Shown piece after piece: positions 36,645-47,116 of a stretch of DNA of 64,000 nucleotides. Source of the stretch: Bacteroidales bacterium (GTDB taxonomy: Bacteria > Bacteroidota > Bacteroidia > Bacteroidales > DTU049). A model generated the notes under the pieces. The model saw only the letters and a list, made by a program, of their open reading frames with translations, was not told where the DNA came from and did not search any database. The translations under genes and the position numbers were made by a program. The stretch spans positions 8,867-72,866 of the forward strand of contig JAAYOU010000029.1 in the NCBI GenBank assembly GCA_012520175.1. Reading direction: 5' to 3'. How positions within the stretch are numbered: the stretch's first letter is position 1; each line of letters starts with the position of its first letter.

Positions 36645-37628
36645 TTATGTATTGTTTTTCATAAGTTTTTCAACTGCATCAACAATTAAATCTGCTTCTA
36701 TTTTTTGCATACAATCAAAATGTTTTTTTGGACAACTATCAAAGCCTAATTTGCTGCAAGGGCGGCACTTTAAATTTTTATTTTCAATAATAACGTAATT
36801 TTCTTTTATCTCTTTTGGGAAATATGGATACATGCCAAAAGCGGGCACAGTGTTTCCCCATATTGAAACTGTTGGCTTATGCAAAGCTGCCGCAATGTGC
36901 ATCATGCCTGTGTCGTTTGAAACAACAACACTTGCATTTTTTATTATTTCAGCAGACCCATACAATGAAAGTTTTGCACAAAGATTAAATACTTTATCTG
37001 AATTGCTTTTTTCAATAAAAGAAGCATTTTCCTTATCTTTTTTTCCACCCAATAACACAACAGGTAAGCTTGATTTTTTTACAAACTCAACAATTTTTTC
37101 TTTTGGATATCGCTTTGTGAAAAAAGTGCCACCAATAGCAAAAACAATATATTTTTCTGGAATTTTAGCGTCTATTTGAATGTTTTTTGGCATAAAAAAA
37201 TCCAATCCTAAATCATCATTTTTAACATTTAAGTTTTTTACAGCTTTGAAATAGCGATCAACAATATGAATGTCTGGGAGTAAGTTTTTCTTAAATTTTG
37301 TAAAAATCCATTTGTAAAAATTAAGTTTATTGAATGTATAGTATCTTATTCTAAGCCGTGCTAACAAAGAAAAACTTCTAATGTTTTTATGCAAATCTAT
37401 CATGCAGTCAAAGTTTTCTTTTTTAAGATTGTCTGCAATTTCCATTGGCGATTTTTTTACAGTCCAGAGCTTTGTTATATAAGGATTTTCCGACATGGTT
37501 TCAGCATAACATTCCCTTGTTAAGAAATGCAATTCGTCTTCTGGTCGTTGTTTTTTCAAACATCGCACTATTGGGGAAGTTAGCACTATATCACCAATTG
37601 AACTTATTCTGTATATCAGAATTTTCAT
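36645..37628 (-). CDS. glycosyltransferase family 9 (heptosyltransferase-like)
   Basis: MKILIYRISSIGDIVLTSP start and the NDTGMMHIAAA motif. Confidence 0.8.
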   Translation of the reverse strand: MKILIYRISSIGDIVLTSPIVRCLKKQRPEDELHFLTRECYAETMSENPYITKLWTVKKSPMEIADNLKKENFDCMIDLHKNIRSFSLLARLRIRYYTFNKLNFYKWIFTKFKKNLLPDIHIVDRYFKAVKNLNVKNDDLGLDFFMPKNIQIDAKIPEKYIVFAIGGTFFTKRYPKEKIVEFVKKSSLPVVLLGGKKDKENASFIEKSNSDKVFNLCAKLSLYGSAEIIKNASVVVSNDTGMMHIAAALHKPTVSIWGNTVPAFGMYPYFPKEIKENYVIIENKNLKCRPCSKLGFDSCPKKHFDCMQKIEADLIVDAVEKLMKNNT

Positions 37629-37701
37629 TAAATTATTTTATTTTTCAAATTTTATTTTGAATACATTGCAAATTTAACTATTTTTGTATAAGCATTTACT
37701 T

Positions 37702-37827
37702 ATGAAAAAAACGAAATTTATATATTTTTTAATTTTTGTACTTGTTTTAAGTGTTTCTTTTTCTGCTTGTAATACAAAAAAGAAATTTAATCCCAAAAAA
37801 TGTAAAACTTGTCCACATTTTAATTGA
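37702..37827 (+). CDS. possible tiny lipoprotein (41 aa) with CxxC, not in ORF track
   Basis: Own translation MKKTKFIYFLIFVLVLSVSFSACNTKKKFNPKKCKTCPHFN. It has a lipobox SFSAC. There is no other support. Confidence 0.3.
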   Translation: MKKTKFIYFLIFVLVLSVSFSACNTKKKFNPKKCKTCPHFN

Positions 37828-37871
37828 TTTTAAGATATTATTTTAAAAACATATTATTTCAATGTGTTTTA

Positions 37872-37879
37872 TAAATTTG
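37872..37879 (+). promoter_or_regulatory. candidate -7 box (TAnnTTTG)
   Basis: taaatttg at 37872-37879, 4 nt before the ATG at 37884. This implies either a leaderless mRNA or use of a downstream Met. Confidence 0.3.
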
Positions 37880-37883
37880 CAAC

Positions 37884-39248
37884 ATGTTTAACCCATCGGA
37901 TTATATAACAATTTGGGACTGGTTATTGTCTTTTATATACATGGGCTTTATAATAATTGCAATGTATGTATATACTTTATTTAAAAGAAAAAACGACCCT
38001 ATATATAAATGGTTAATCCCAGCTTTTATTGTTAAATGCTTTGGAGGTATTGCTGTTTTAATGATTTATGCATATTACTATACCGAAGGCGGAGATACGT
38101 ATTCATATTTTGACAATACAAAAAAACTTCTTTTACTTACCTTTGAAAATCCACAAGGAACACTTAGGCTTCTTTTGGGAGAAAACACATACGAAACTTT
38201 TTCGTTTTTTCCATATTCAATAGGCAAACCTTGGGCAGATCTTTTTTTTGATGATAAAACTTGGGCTGTAAGTCGTTTTACCTATCCTTTTGTTCTTTTA
38301 GGATTTGGCAGAATAATGACCTCCACAATATTATTCAACGCCTACGCATTAATTGGTCCATGGAAATTGTTCAGACTGTTATGTGAGCAATATCCAGACT
38401 ATAGAAAAAAACTAGCTTTTGCAATGTTTTTTATCCCTTCGTGTATATTTTGGGGCTCTGGTCTTTATAAAGATAGCTTTACCCTATCATCTACTCTTTG
38501 GATTTTTTATTCTATTTTGCAAATTACTTTAAATAGAAAAAAAATTGGCATTAATTTATTTTTAATAATATTAAATTCATACATAATCATAAGTGTAAAA
38601 CCTTATATTTTTGTTGTTTTACTACCTGCAGTTCTTATTTTATTCACATATTCATCTGTTAAAAAAATTAAAAACAAAGCCTTAAGAATTCTTGCTCTTC
38701 CATCCTTGACAATAATAGTTTTTGCTGGAGGTCTTTTACTTTTTTCATCATTGTCTTCTTCGCTTGGACAATATGGCAACATGACTTCTATGATAAACAA
38801 ATTAATTATTACAAGAGAAGATTTTATACATAATAAGACATATAGTACAAATTTTTTTGATATTGGAGAGTTTGAGCCTTCTTTTTTAGGTGTCTTAAAA
38901 AAAGTACCATTAGCTTTTTTGTATGGATTGCTTGGTCCATTTCCGTGGCAAGTAACAAATCCCGTTATTGCAATAAGTTCTTTAGAAGGATCGTTGTTTT
39001 TAATTCTTTTTATTTTGTCTTTAAGGGCTGTTTTATTTCAAAAAAATGTATTCAAAAATCTTTCCGACCCAATCTTTATTAGTTTTCTTTTTTTCTCTGT
39101 TATTTTAGTAATTTTTGTAGGATTAAGCACCCCAAATTTTGGTTCATTAGTTCGCTATAGAATACCAGCTCTCCCTTTGTATCTTTTCTGTATGATACAT
39201 GTAATTTCATTATCAAAAAAAGAAAGCCAAAAAAGAAATATTTATTGA
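37884..39248 (+). CDS. polytopic membrane protein, unknown (candidate polymerase/ligase-type protein of the polysaccharide locus)
   Basis: More than 10 hydrophobic segments and aromatic-rich. I recognise no catalytic motif. The function is inferred only from the locus context. Confidence 0.6.
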   Translation: MFNPSDYITIWDWLLSFIYMGFIIIAMYVYTLFKRKNDPIYKWLIPAFIVKCFGGIAVLMIYAYYYTEGGDTYSYFDNTKKLLLLTFENPQGTLRLLLGENTYETFSFFPYSIGKPWADLFFDDKTWAVSRFTYPFVLLGFGRIMTSTILFNAYALIGPWKLFRLLCEQYPDYRKKLAFAMFFIPSCIFWGSGLYKDSFTLSSTLWIFYSILQITLNRKKIGINLFLIILNSYIIISVKPYIFVVLLPAVLILFTYSSVKKIKNKALRILALPSLTIIVFAGGLLLFSSLSSSLGQYGNMTSMINKLIITREDFIHNKTYSTNFFDIGEFEPSFLGVLKKVPLAFLYGLLGPFPWQVTNPVIAISSLEGSLFLILFILSLRAVLFQKNVFKNLSDPIFISFLFFSVILVIFVGLSTPNFGSLVRYRIPALPLYLFCMIHVISLSKKESQKRNIY

Positions 39249-40423
39249 GAAAGTCCCTGTTCTTGCTTTGTTTTATTTTTTATGTTTTTCTTAAATTTTT
39301 TTATGAGTTTCAAGGATTGATATTCAACCACATAATAAAATAAATATGAAACTCCTACAGCAATCACAACACCAATCCAATAAATTCTAGAATAAAATAC
39401 TTCTACTCCTGTAAACTTAACCAGCAATGAATACAGCAATATAAACAATGGAAAATGAATTAAATACATAGAATAAGAAATTTTACCCATAGAAATAAAA
39501 AAATTGTTTATCCAAGTGGTTTTTACAGGATAATTTATTACTCTGTAAATAGCTATAACAGTGAAGAAACCTCCTAATAAATATGTATATTTATAAGAAA
39601 TAAAAAAACTTCCGTAAACAGCTACTAGCAATAAGATTATGGCACTAATATTATAAAACCAAACATTTATTCTTTTTATTTTATTTTGTAATTTATATTC
39701 AAAAATTAGCCAATAAGTAAAATAACCTAATGCAAAAAAGAAAGCATAATATGTAATAAAATTTGATAACGGTTCAAAACCTAAATATTTAAAAAATATA
39801 TTTTTAAAAATAAATCCAGTTATTAATAATACACTAGTTACAAGCAAAAACATTCTTTTTCTTTTTATGAAAAATGGTGCTGTTAAATAAAAGAAAGCCT
39901 CTATCAGCAAAGACCAGTAAGAGTCATTATAGCCAATATAACAAGGTTTTGCAACAAAAATTAAATTCCAAGCTACAGTTTCTAAGTTAAAATTTTGATA
40001 ATTACTAACCAAGCGTTGGCTATACTCCCTGTCCGTAGCGTTATGAAAAAGTTCATTGTTTATTAATGTTGCAGAATAAAACAATATTATTGTTAGAATT
40101 ATTGAAGCAATATAAGGAATATAGATTCTTATAGCTCTATTTATGTAAAAGTGCTTTGTTTTCCATTTGTTGTTCTGAAAACTATATGCAATAAAGAATC
40201 CGCTTAATACAAAAAACACAATAACCATTAAAGCAGGATTTGAGCTAAACATATCTAATCCAAACAATAATTTGTCAAAAATATTCCAATCTTCTTTTGG
40301 AAACTTTTTGATATATTCTATGCCACCACTCCAAAAGTGAAATTTTGCATGACCTATAACAACCATCAGTGCAGCAAAGCCTCTTATTGAGTGTAATAAT
40401 TTGAATTTTTCTTTATCTATCAT
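39242..40423 (-). CDS. acyltransferase family 3 (OafA-like sugar O-acyltransferase)
   Basis: IRGFAALMVVIGH start motif and about 10 TM segments. Confidence 0.8.
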   Translation of the reverse strand: MIDKEKFKLLHSIRGFAALMVVIGHAKFHFWSGGIEYIKKFPKEDWNIFDKLLFGLDMFSSNPALMVIVFFVLSGFFIAYSFQNNKWKTKHFYINRAIRIYIPYIASIILTIILFYSATLINNELFHNATDREYSQRLVSNYQNFNLETVAWNLIFVAKPCYIGYNDSYWSLLIEAFFYLTAPFFIKRKRMFLLVTSVLLITGFIFKNIFFKYLGFEPLSNFITYYAFFFALGYFTYWLIFEYKLQNKIKRINVWFYNISAIILLLVAVYGSFFISYKYTYLLGGFFTVIAIYRVINYPVKTTWINNFFISMGKISYSMYLIHFPLFILLYSLLVKFTGVEVFYSRIYWIGVVIAVGVSYLFYYVVEYQSLKLIKKFKKNIKNKTKQEQGLSQ

Positions 40424-40523
40424 TTACGCTTTTTATTATTTTTAAATTAGGCAAATAAAAATAATTGACGCAAAGATAATTTTTTAATTCTATAAAGTTG
40501 TTCTTGTTATAATATAAAAACTA

Positions 40524-41636
40524 TTATGAAAACAGCTTATATAATCGAAACAACCTACTAATAAGTCTCTCTTGATTTGGAAAATCCTTATATGTTTTAG
40601 GTGGAAGTTTTAAGTATTTATCAAATTCTTCTTCGCTGATTTCCCATTTTTTACAGATATATGCTTTATCTTTAAGAACTTTTTCATCATCAAAAGGTTT
40701 AGCTTCCAAAATTCTCAATGCATCATCTCTACTAACTTGTCCATTACAAATTTGCGATGAAAGTGTAGCTCTTCTGTAATCCATATTATATTTTACAGGC
40801 ATTACATACGACTGTAAAAAACCTGTTATGGTTGATTCTTGATGTTTGCCTCCATACTCCTTAAATCCATATGTTTCTATCAAAAATTTACGAGCTTTAT
40901 CCTTATCATAATCAATATAATTCAATGGATAATAAGTTTTTATTCCATGTATAAATTTATTTATAAAATTTTCCTTTAAGCCTGCATACGGAGTCTTTCT
41001 AATTTTAACATTAGAATATTTTTTAACAATATGTCTATATAATTTCATATCGCTTTTTACATGATAGCCCCAAGTTAAAGGCAAAATTCCTTCTGCCGCA
41101 AAATTTCCTCCTGACAAAATACTTGAGATTTTAAACTTTTTGGCAATCTCATAATTTGCTCCCAAAATTGCTAAATCTGTAGGTGTTTCTAAATCAACTA
41201 TTGAAGATTTAAAAAATGCAAGCTGAATTTCTTTAAACTCTTGCCAATCCATTTTATATTCATAATAATCAAAACCTAATTTTTTGACCATTATTTGAAT
41301 GTTTTCTTCAGCTATAGGGGTATTCCATCCATTATTCATATGCATAAGTAAAGGATGTAAACCATAAGTTTTACATAAATGAGCAACAAAACAAGAATCA
41401 ACTCCTCCACTTATTCCAACAAGACAATCATATTTATTATTTTTACTTCTTTTTTTAATTTTAAGTAAAATGTTTTTAAAAATTTTTTCAGATTGCCCTT
41501 CAACATACTTGTGGTTTTCCAATAATTGTAAAAAATCAGTACAATGATTACAATATCCATTTTCATCAAATATAATATCTTCATCAGAGGTGTCCATTAC
41601 ACAACGTTGGCATATTTGATAAGATTTTTTTTCCAT
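40524..41636 (-). CDS. N-acetyl sugar amidotransferase (PP-loop ATPase, WbpG/LPS-biosynthesis type)
   Basis: N-terminal Cys pairs CQRCVMD...CNHC and PP-loop GISGGVDS. Confidence 0.85.
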   Translation of the reverse strand: MEKKSYQICQRCVMDTSDEDIIFDENGYCNHCTDFLQLLENHKYVEGQSEKIFKNILLKIKKRSKNNKYDCLVGISGGVDSCFVAHLCKTYGLHPLLMHMNNGWNTPIAEENIQIMVKKLGFDYYEYKMDWQEFKEIQLAFFKSSIVDLETPTDLAILGANYEIAKKFKISSILSGGNFAAEGILPLTWGYHVKSDMKLYRHIVKKYSNVKIRKTPYAGLKENFINKFIHGIKTYYPLNYIDYDKDKARKFLIETYGFKEYGGKHQESTITGFLQSYVMPVKYNMDYRRATLSSQICNGQVSRDDALRILEAKPFDDEKVLKDKAYICKKWEISEEEFDKYLKLPPKTYKDFPNQERLISRLFRLYKLFS

Positions 41637-41640
41637 AAAT

Positions 41641-42966
41641 TTAATTAATATTTTTTAATGCTTCTACTAATTTTTCAGTTTGTATTTTTCTTGAATAATT
41701 CTCTACTCCAATTGTATGATTTTCTATATAATGCTTTTCTTCAAACTCACTAAACAAATCGTCTAAAACTTTATATAAATGCTCCTTATCTTTTACAACA
41801 ATTCCACTATTTGTTTTTCTAATTAAATCTGCTTGTGAGTTTTCGCTTAAACCTTTAATAGTTTGTGTTTTAAAATATTTTTTCTTTAATAAATTTGCCT
41901 CTTTGTCGTTTTCAAAGCATAGAATAATCTTTCGGTTTAAAGCTAAATAATCATATATTTTTGCTCCCATAATAGAATAGTGATTAAACAGAAGCAATAC
42001 GTTTGATTTTGATATTTCTTTAATAAATTGGTAATTAGGAATTTTAGGAAATATTTTAATCTCGTTTTTTAAAATATCAAGTTCTTTTATAATATCAGAC
42101 ACATCTTTTTTATCACTAATGCCATAAAAATTAACTCTGATTTTTCTGTCAGGATTCATTTTTAAGTAATCTAAAAGTACAGAGAAGAATAACCTATAAG
42201 GATGAAATTTGTAAATTGTTCCAGTTAAAGATATAGTTAATAAATCATTGTTTTGATTAACTTTAATATTATTAATTAAGATATTTTCATCATATCCATT
42301 AGGAATAACTAAAAATGGTTTGTTTTTAATTAGCTTTTTAATTATAAACATATAATATTCAGATACAGTGCATATTAATTTAACATTTCTCAAATATTTC
42401 TTTTCCAAAATTTGTGATATTATTTTTTTTTTGGGATTGTTATTAAAAGAGACATTTGACCAAGGATCTCTATAATCTGCAACCCAAGGAATATTAAATT
42501 TTTTACTTAATTTTGAAGCGTATTTGAATAATACAAAAGGGTCACCTGTAGCTATAATTACATCTACTTTATTGTCTTTTAAAAATTTTTTAGCAGCTTT
42601 ATATAATTCATATTTTGTTCCTATTGGCAAAAACCATTGCCCAATTTCATTATAACCAGCAGAAATTTTCTTTAAAACATTTGATAATAGGTCTTTTTTA
42701 CCTTTTAGGTTTAAACGATTTGAAAGAGTCGCCTTATAAGGTGTTTTTATTAAAATGCCTTTTTCTGTTTCTTCAATTTCTACATCTTTTGTTTTACTTG
42801 GCTGTATGTAATCTAAATCGTTACCATGAATAGGATTCCAATTGCGAGTAATTACAATTGGAAAAAGTCCCATTTCCTTAAAATTCTCGTACCAATAACT
42901 AGGACGCAATCCTCCTACTGAAACATACGGCGGAAAATCATAAGCTAATATTAATATTTTTTTCAT
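41641..42966 (-). CDS. glycosyltransferase (GT4-like)
   Basis: MKKILILAYDFPPYVSVGGLRP start, typical of GT4 N-terminal domains. 441 aa. Confidence 0.65.
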   Translation of the reverse strand: MKKILILAYDFPPYVSVGGLRPSYWYENFKEMGLFPIVITRNWNPIHGNDLDYIQPSKTKDVEIEETEKGILIKTPYKATLSNRLNLKGKKDLLSNVLKKISAGYNEIGQWFLPIGTKYELYKAAKKFLKDNKVDVIIATGDPFVLFKYASKLSKKFNIPWVADYRDPWSNVSFNNNPKKKIISQILEKKYLRNVKLICTVSEYYMFIIKKLIKNKPFLVIPNGYDENILINNIKVNQNNDLLTISLTGTIYKFHPYRLFFSVLLDYLKMNPDRKIRVNFYGISDKKDVSDIIKELDILKNEIKIFPKIPNYQFIKEISKSNVLLLFNHYSIMGAKIYDYLALNRKIILCFENDKEANLLKKKYFKTQTIKGLSENSQADLIRKTNSGIVVKDKEHLYKVLDDLFSEFEEKHYIENHTIGVENYSRKIQTEKLVEALKNIN

Positions 42967-43042
42967 TGTGCCAAATAATATTTGTATTTATAAAATAAAA
43001 ATGCATGTTTTTTGAAAAATTTTTATTATTCTCATTAAAAAG

Positions 43043-43945
43043 TTATTTGTTAGAGTGTTTATTTCTTTTTTTTATTTTCGACAAAGCTCCTTTAAACAAA
43101 AGTTTTGTCTGATTTGTTGATGGAATAACAAACCAATACCACCACAGCATTGGATATAATGATATTGCAAAACCCGCGTTTTTCGCAATTCTAATCATTT
43201 TAACAGAAAAATGAACTAAATTTAAACGGCGAATATAAAACGCAAAAGATTCAAGTATTCCATTTGATTGAAAAGTTATTTTATGATTTGTATTTGCTGG
43301 CGTTTTTACTCGTTTAAAAAACAACGGTTGTTCGTTATACACATGAGTATAATTACCTTTGGATAAATAAAATAACAAACTAGGGTAAATATTATTATAG
43401 GCACATTTCCTATTAGGCCAGTGCCAAACAGGAAAGCGAACACCTTTAATTTCATCAGTTTTAAAAACAGCATAACCAAATTCATCATGTGAATTTTTTA
43501 TGAAATTTTTTATTCTTTTTCGGATGTGCTTTTCTGAATAGTCAAAGTTAAGATTTTCTGAAATTCTATGGTCATTCTCATCAATATGTATAAATGTTGA
43601 AAAAGCAACAATGGCATCAGAATTATTTTCTAAAGCTAAGATCATTTTTTCAACATAAGAATCTGCCATTAAATCATCATCTCCTGCCCACATAAAATAT
43701 TTTGAATTAGCCAAAGACAATAGAAATTCCATATTGCGAGATATTCCAATATTTTCTTTTTGTTTGATATATTTAATTCTATTGTCAATTTTAGCATACT
43801 TAAGACAAATATCGGCACTACCATCTGTTGAGCAATCATCAGATATTATCAATTTAAAATCAGTATATGATTGTTTCAATATGCTTAATATTGACTGCTC
43901 TATAAATTTAACATCGTTATATACTGGCAAACCTATTGTTAGCAT
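43043..43945 (-). CDS. glycosyltransferase family 2
   Basis: LTIGLPVYN...SILKQ.Y.DF.LIISDD.STDGS and a DDD motif. Confidence 0.85.
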   Translation of the reverse strand: MLTIGLPVYNDVKFIEQSILSILKQSYTDFKLIISDDCSTDGSADICLKYAKIDNRIKYIKQKENIGISRNMEFLLSLANSKYFMWAGDDDLMADSYVEKMILALENNSDAIVAFSTFIHIDENDHRISENLNFDYSEKHIRKRIKNFIKNSHDEFGYAVFKTDEIKGVRFPVWHWPNRKCAYNNIYPSLLFYLSKGNYTHVYNEQPLFFKRVKTPANTNHKITFQSNGILESFAFYIRRLNLVHFSVKMIRIAKNAGFAISLYPMLWWYWFVIPSTNQTKLLFKGALSKIKKRNKHSNK

Positions 43946-43947
43946 TA

Positions 43948-44748
43948 TTAAAATATTTTCTTTAAAATTTTATATCTAATAAATCTGTATGGAAATTTTA
44001 TTATATTTAAAAATACAGAATATGGTGAAAGTGGTATTTTAACATATTTATGCATTTTAGAATGTTGAAATGCAATATGTTGATTTTCTCCATAGAAAAC
44101 AACAGCTTCTTTTTTTAGAGCTGAAGCTAATGTTGCAGTTCCAGATGTTAAACAATATAATTTTTTGCTTGAAAAAATCAAATCACAAAAATCTTGCAAA
44201 GTTGGGGTTGTAATATAATGACATTTAGGATCATATTTATGAAGAGCCTTAGGGCTTGTTAACTTCATTACAGAGTCAATCTGTATTTTGTGTTTCTTAA
44301 TAAAATAAGAAGCGTCATGATGAGTTATATCTCCAACATATGAAAAAAAGTTGGGGTCAAAAATACTTTTATTAAAGTCTGGATTAAATACTGGATTATA
44401 AAACACTTCAGGATCATGCATCCTTTTACCATCATCTAATCCATAATGCAACATAACCAAATCTAGTAAATTGATATTCGTTTTTGGGTTCTTTTTAAGC
44501 TCTGGACTAAGTTTTTCAACTATTTCTGCAATGCTGCATGTTATTCCCTTTTCATCTACAAATCCATCTACAAATGGATTTAAAGACCAAACAATATATT
44601 TGTTATCATTGTTTCTAAATAAAGAATGCTCAGAAATAAACACTTTTTCAAAGGCTCCTGTTTCTTTTGCAATACGCGGAATATGGCTGTGAAACAAGTG
44701 GTCTCCAAGTCCATAATATTGAATTTCAATTATAAGTGTTTTTCCCAT
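43948..44748 (-). CDS. hypothetical protein of the polysaccharide locus
   Basis: Long ORF tightly packed (2-nt gap) within the glycosyltransferase operon. No motif recognised. Confidence 0.6.
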   Translation of the reverse strand: MGKTLIIEIQYYGLGDHLFHSHIPRIAKETGAFEKVFISEHSLFRNNDNKYIVWSLNPFVDGFVDEKGITCSIAEIVEKLSPELKKNPKTNINLLDLVMLHYGLDDGKRMHDPEVFYNPVFNPDFNKSIFDPNFFSYVGDITHHDASYFIKKHKIQIDSVMKLTSPKALHKYDPKCHYITTPTLQDFCDLIFSSKKLYCLTSGTATLASALKKEAVVFYGENQHIAFQHSKMHKYVKIPLSPYSVFLNIIKFPYRFIRYKILKKIF

Positions 44749-44786
44749 ATTTATAGTAAAATTAAAACATTTTTATATACATTTTA

Positions 44787-45710
44787 TCACTTTGCCTTTA
44801 ATTGTCTTTTCCCTTTACCTATTTTTCTTCTATATAATATTGGAATCGAAATATACTTAAAAAATCCACTAAAATAAAATTTTGTTTCTTTAAAAAAATC
44901 TTTTCTGTATTGGTTATCTAACAGCCACATTAAGAAAAAATTTGTACAAATATTAAATACATAGATAAAATGATATAATAAATAACCAAAAAAACCATGT
45001 ACTTTGTAAAATAATAAAGCTGTTGATAATTTACTTTGTTTATTTGCCCAAATTCTATTTGGAGTACTTCCACCGTTTTTATGAATAACGCTCACATCCT
45101 CTAAAAACACAATTTTATAGCCAAGTTTGCGAATTCTATTACATAAATCAATTTCTTCAGAATACATAAAAAAATCTGGATCAAATCCTTTACATTCTTT
45201 CATTATCTTTGATGGAATAAACATAAAGGCTCCCATTATTGCTTCTATTTTATATTTTTTAGGAGGAATAATTTTTGAAAACAAAAGATTTCTATCTAGT
45301 ATTTTTCCATATCTAGCAATAGTTGATGTAAACGATTGAACACTTCTATCTTCGTTCAACATTTTGCATCCTAAAACACCAATAGTTTCATCTTCTTCTG
45401 CCTTATGTAAACAAGCTGTTATCGCTTTTTCATCTTCAATAATCACATCGGGATTTATCAAAAGCAAATATTTGCCAGAAGATACATTAACTCCAATATT
45501 ATTTCCCGCACCAAAACCAACATTGTTAGCAGACCCAATATACTTTATATTTTTGCATTTTTCTATTATTTGCTTAGAATCATCTTGGGAATTATTATCA
45601 ACAACAATTATTTCATAAGACATTGATTTGATGTTTTTAACAATACTATCAATACACTTAACTGTTAAAAGTGGTTTTTTGTAGTTTACTATAATGAATG
45701 ATATTAGCAA
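44787..45710 (-). CDS. glycosyltransferase family 2
   Basis: SFIIVNYK......C..S......YEIIVVDNNS.D, and GFG.GNN and NPD motifs. Confidence 0.85.
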   Translation of the reverse strand: MLISFIIVNYKKPLLTVKCIDSIVKNIKSMSYEIIVVDNNSQDDSKQIIEKCKNIKYIGSANNVGFGAGNNIGVNVSSGKYLLLINPDVIIEDEKAITACLHKAEEDETIGVLGCKMLNEDRSVQSFTSTIARYGKILDRNLLFSKIIPPKKYKIEAIMGAFMFIPSKIMKECKGFDPDFFMYSEEIDLCNRIRKLGYKIVFLEDVSVIHKNGGSTPNRIWANKQSKLSTALLFYKVHGFFGYLLYHFIYVFNICTNFFLMWLLDNQYRKDFFKETKFYFSGFFKYISIPILYRRKIGKGKRQLKAK

Positions 45711-45739
45711 GGTATATTATTTTAGTTTTTATTTTTGAC

Positions 45740-46093
45740 CTAAGTTCTAAAATCTACAAATATTCTGATACAAAATAAAGTTTTTAATAGTTCTAAACAA
45801 TATTTAAAGTACATAGATTTAGAAAAATATTCCAATGTAAGATTGCCGTGCCATGCAAAAAATCGTTTAATTAACTCTTTTTTATATTTAGAGCCAAAGT
45901 GTTTTTTTAGTGCCTTAAATAACACTAATATTTTTAAAGTACTACTCCTTGAGGAAATTCCTGCTGAATAATTTCTATAAGCATTCATGATTTCTGGCAT
46001 ATATTTGAAACTTCCAACAGAAGTCATTGCAGCAACAAATAATCTCTCCCCTTTTATTATATTATGCTTATATGATAATTTAAACAATTTCAT
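45740..46093 (-). pseudogene. probable C-terminal remnant of a GT2 paralog
   Basis: The 117 aa ORF lacks any GT2 catalytic region. Its segment EIMNAYRNYSAGISSRSS parallels AKMAAYRVHLGGIFSLKR in the C-terminal part of the adjacent GT2 (46118-47116). Confidence 0.35.
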
Positions 46094-46117
46094 TGTTTTT
46101 GTAATATTTAAACAAAC

Positions 46118-47116
46118 TTAATAATATTTAACTTTGTTAGTATTAATTCTTTTTGCCATATATCTCGGAACTATCAAAGAAGCAATTGCTCCAATAAAAA
46201 TTTTTAAATTAAAACCACGTTTGGGAGTATATTTAATTTGCCTTAAAGCTAATTGTTTTGCTACAGGAATATCATTGTTTTCAAAAGCATATATTCTTAA
46301 AATATTAATTAGAGAATATATGGTCTTATTTAAAAATTGTTTTTGTTTTCTATTTAGTTTATAGTTGTTTAAAAGATGGAAATAACCATTTAGTTGTTTT
46401 GTCCAAAAATTGAAATTTTCTTTACTTGACCAATTTCTACGTTTCAATGAAAAAATACCGCCTAAATGTACTCTGTATGCTGCCATTTTCGCTTCAAAAC
46501 GCTTAATTTTACCATTATATGCATTATGTAAATGTAAAAAATAATCTCCTGTTACAACATTAGACAAAATAAAGTTTTCAATGTTTTTTGCTCTAAAAAC
46601 TACAGAAGGGGTGTGAATGTGATTACCTCTGAATAGGAAATCATCAAAATCAAAATCAGTTTGATTATCAATATATTTTATTTCATAATTATCTTTGTTT
46701 TCCAAAGGTTTATTATCTTTATCGACAATTTCAACATCATGGAAACAAGCTGAATATTCTTGGTTTTTCTCCAAAAAATCAACCTGCTTTTGCAATTTTA
46801 ATGGGTCTGTCCAATAATCGTCTCCTTCGCACATGGCAAAGTATTTGCCTTTGGCTCGAGGGAACTGATAAGTTTTTGTTATTCCAATTCCTTTTGAGTA
46901 TTTATTTTCTGTTTGATAGATTGGTTTAATGATATCAGGATATTTTGCCTCGTATTCCCGAATTATATCTGCTGTTCTATCAGTAGAAGCATCATCGTGA
47001 ATAAGTACTTCAAAAAGGAAATCGGTTTTTTGCATTATAAAACCATCTAAACACTTGCGGATGTAAGGTTCATGATTATAAGTTAAGCAACAAATTGAAA
47101 CTATTGTAGTTTTCAT
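46118..47116 (-). CDS. glycosyltransferase family 2
   Basis: VSICCLTYNHE.YI..CLDG...Q.T.F.FEVLIHDDASTD and the CEGDDYW motif. Confidence 0.88.
   Translation of the reverse strand: MKTTIVSICCLTYNHEPYIRKCLDGFIMQKTDFLFEVLIHDDASTDRTADIIREYEAKYPDIIKPIYQTENKYSKGIGITKTYQFPRAKGKYFAMCEGDDYWTDPLKLQKQVDFLEKNQEYSACFHDVEIVDKDNKPLENKDNYEIKYIDNQTDFDFDDFLFRGNHIHTPSVVFRAKNIENFILSNVVTGDYFLHLHNAYNGKIKRFEAKMAAYRVHLGGIFSLKRRNWSSKENFNFWTKQLNGYFHLLNNYKLNRKQKQFLNKTIYSLINILRIYAFENNDIPVAKQLALRQIKYTPKRGFNLKIFIGAIASLIVPRYMAKRINTNKVKYY

Noticed and set aside
37858-37870. The 13-nt exact match ttcaatgtgtttt is shared with 51238-51250, at the two plus-strand-facing edges of the polysaccharide locus. It looked like a possible shared operator.
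   Set aside because: Rough expectation: exact matches of this length, and ~20/22 approximate matches, occur by chance many times in 64 kb of AT-rich DNA. The distances to the downstream ATGs also differ greatly (14 nt against 160 nt).
39242-39248. A 7-nt convergent overlap of the stop codons of the 37884-39248 and 39242-40423 genes (ttattga).
   Set aside because: This is a trivial consequence of compact gene packing. There is no hairpin or other signal at the junction.
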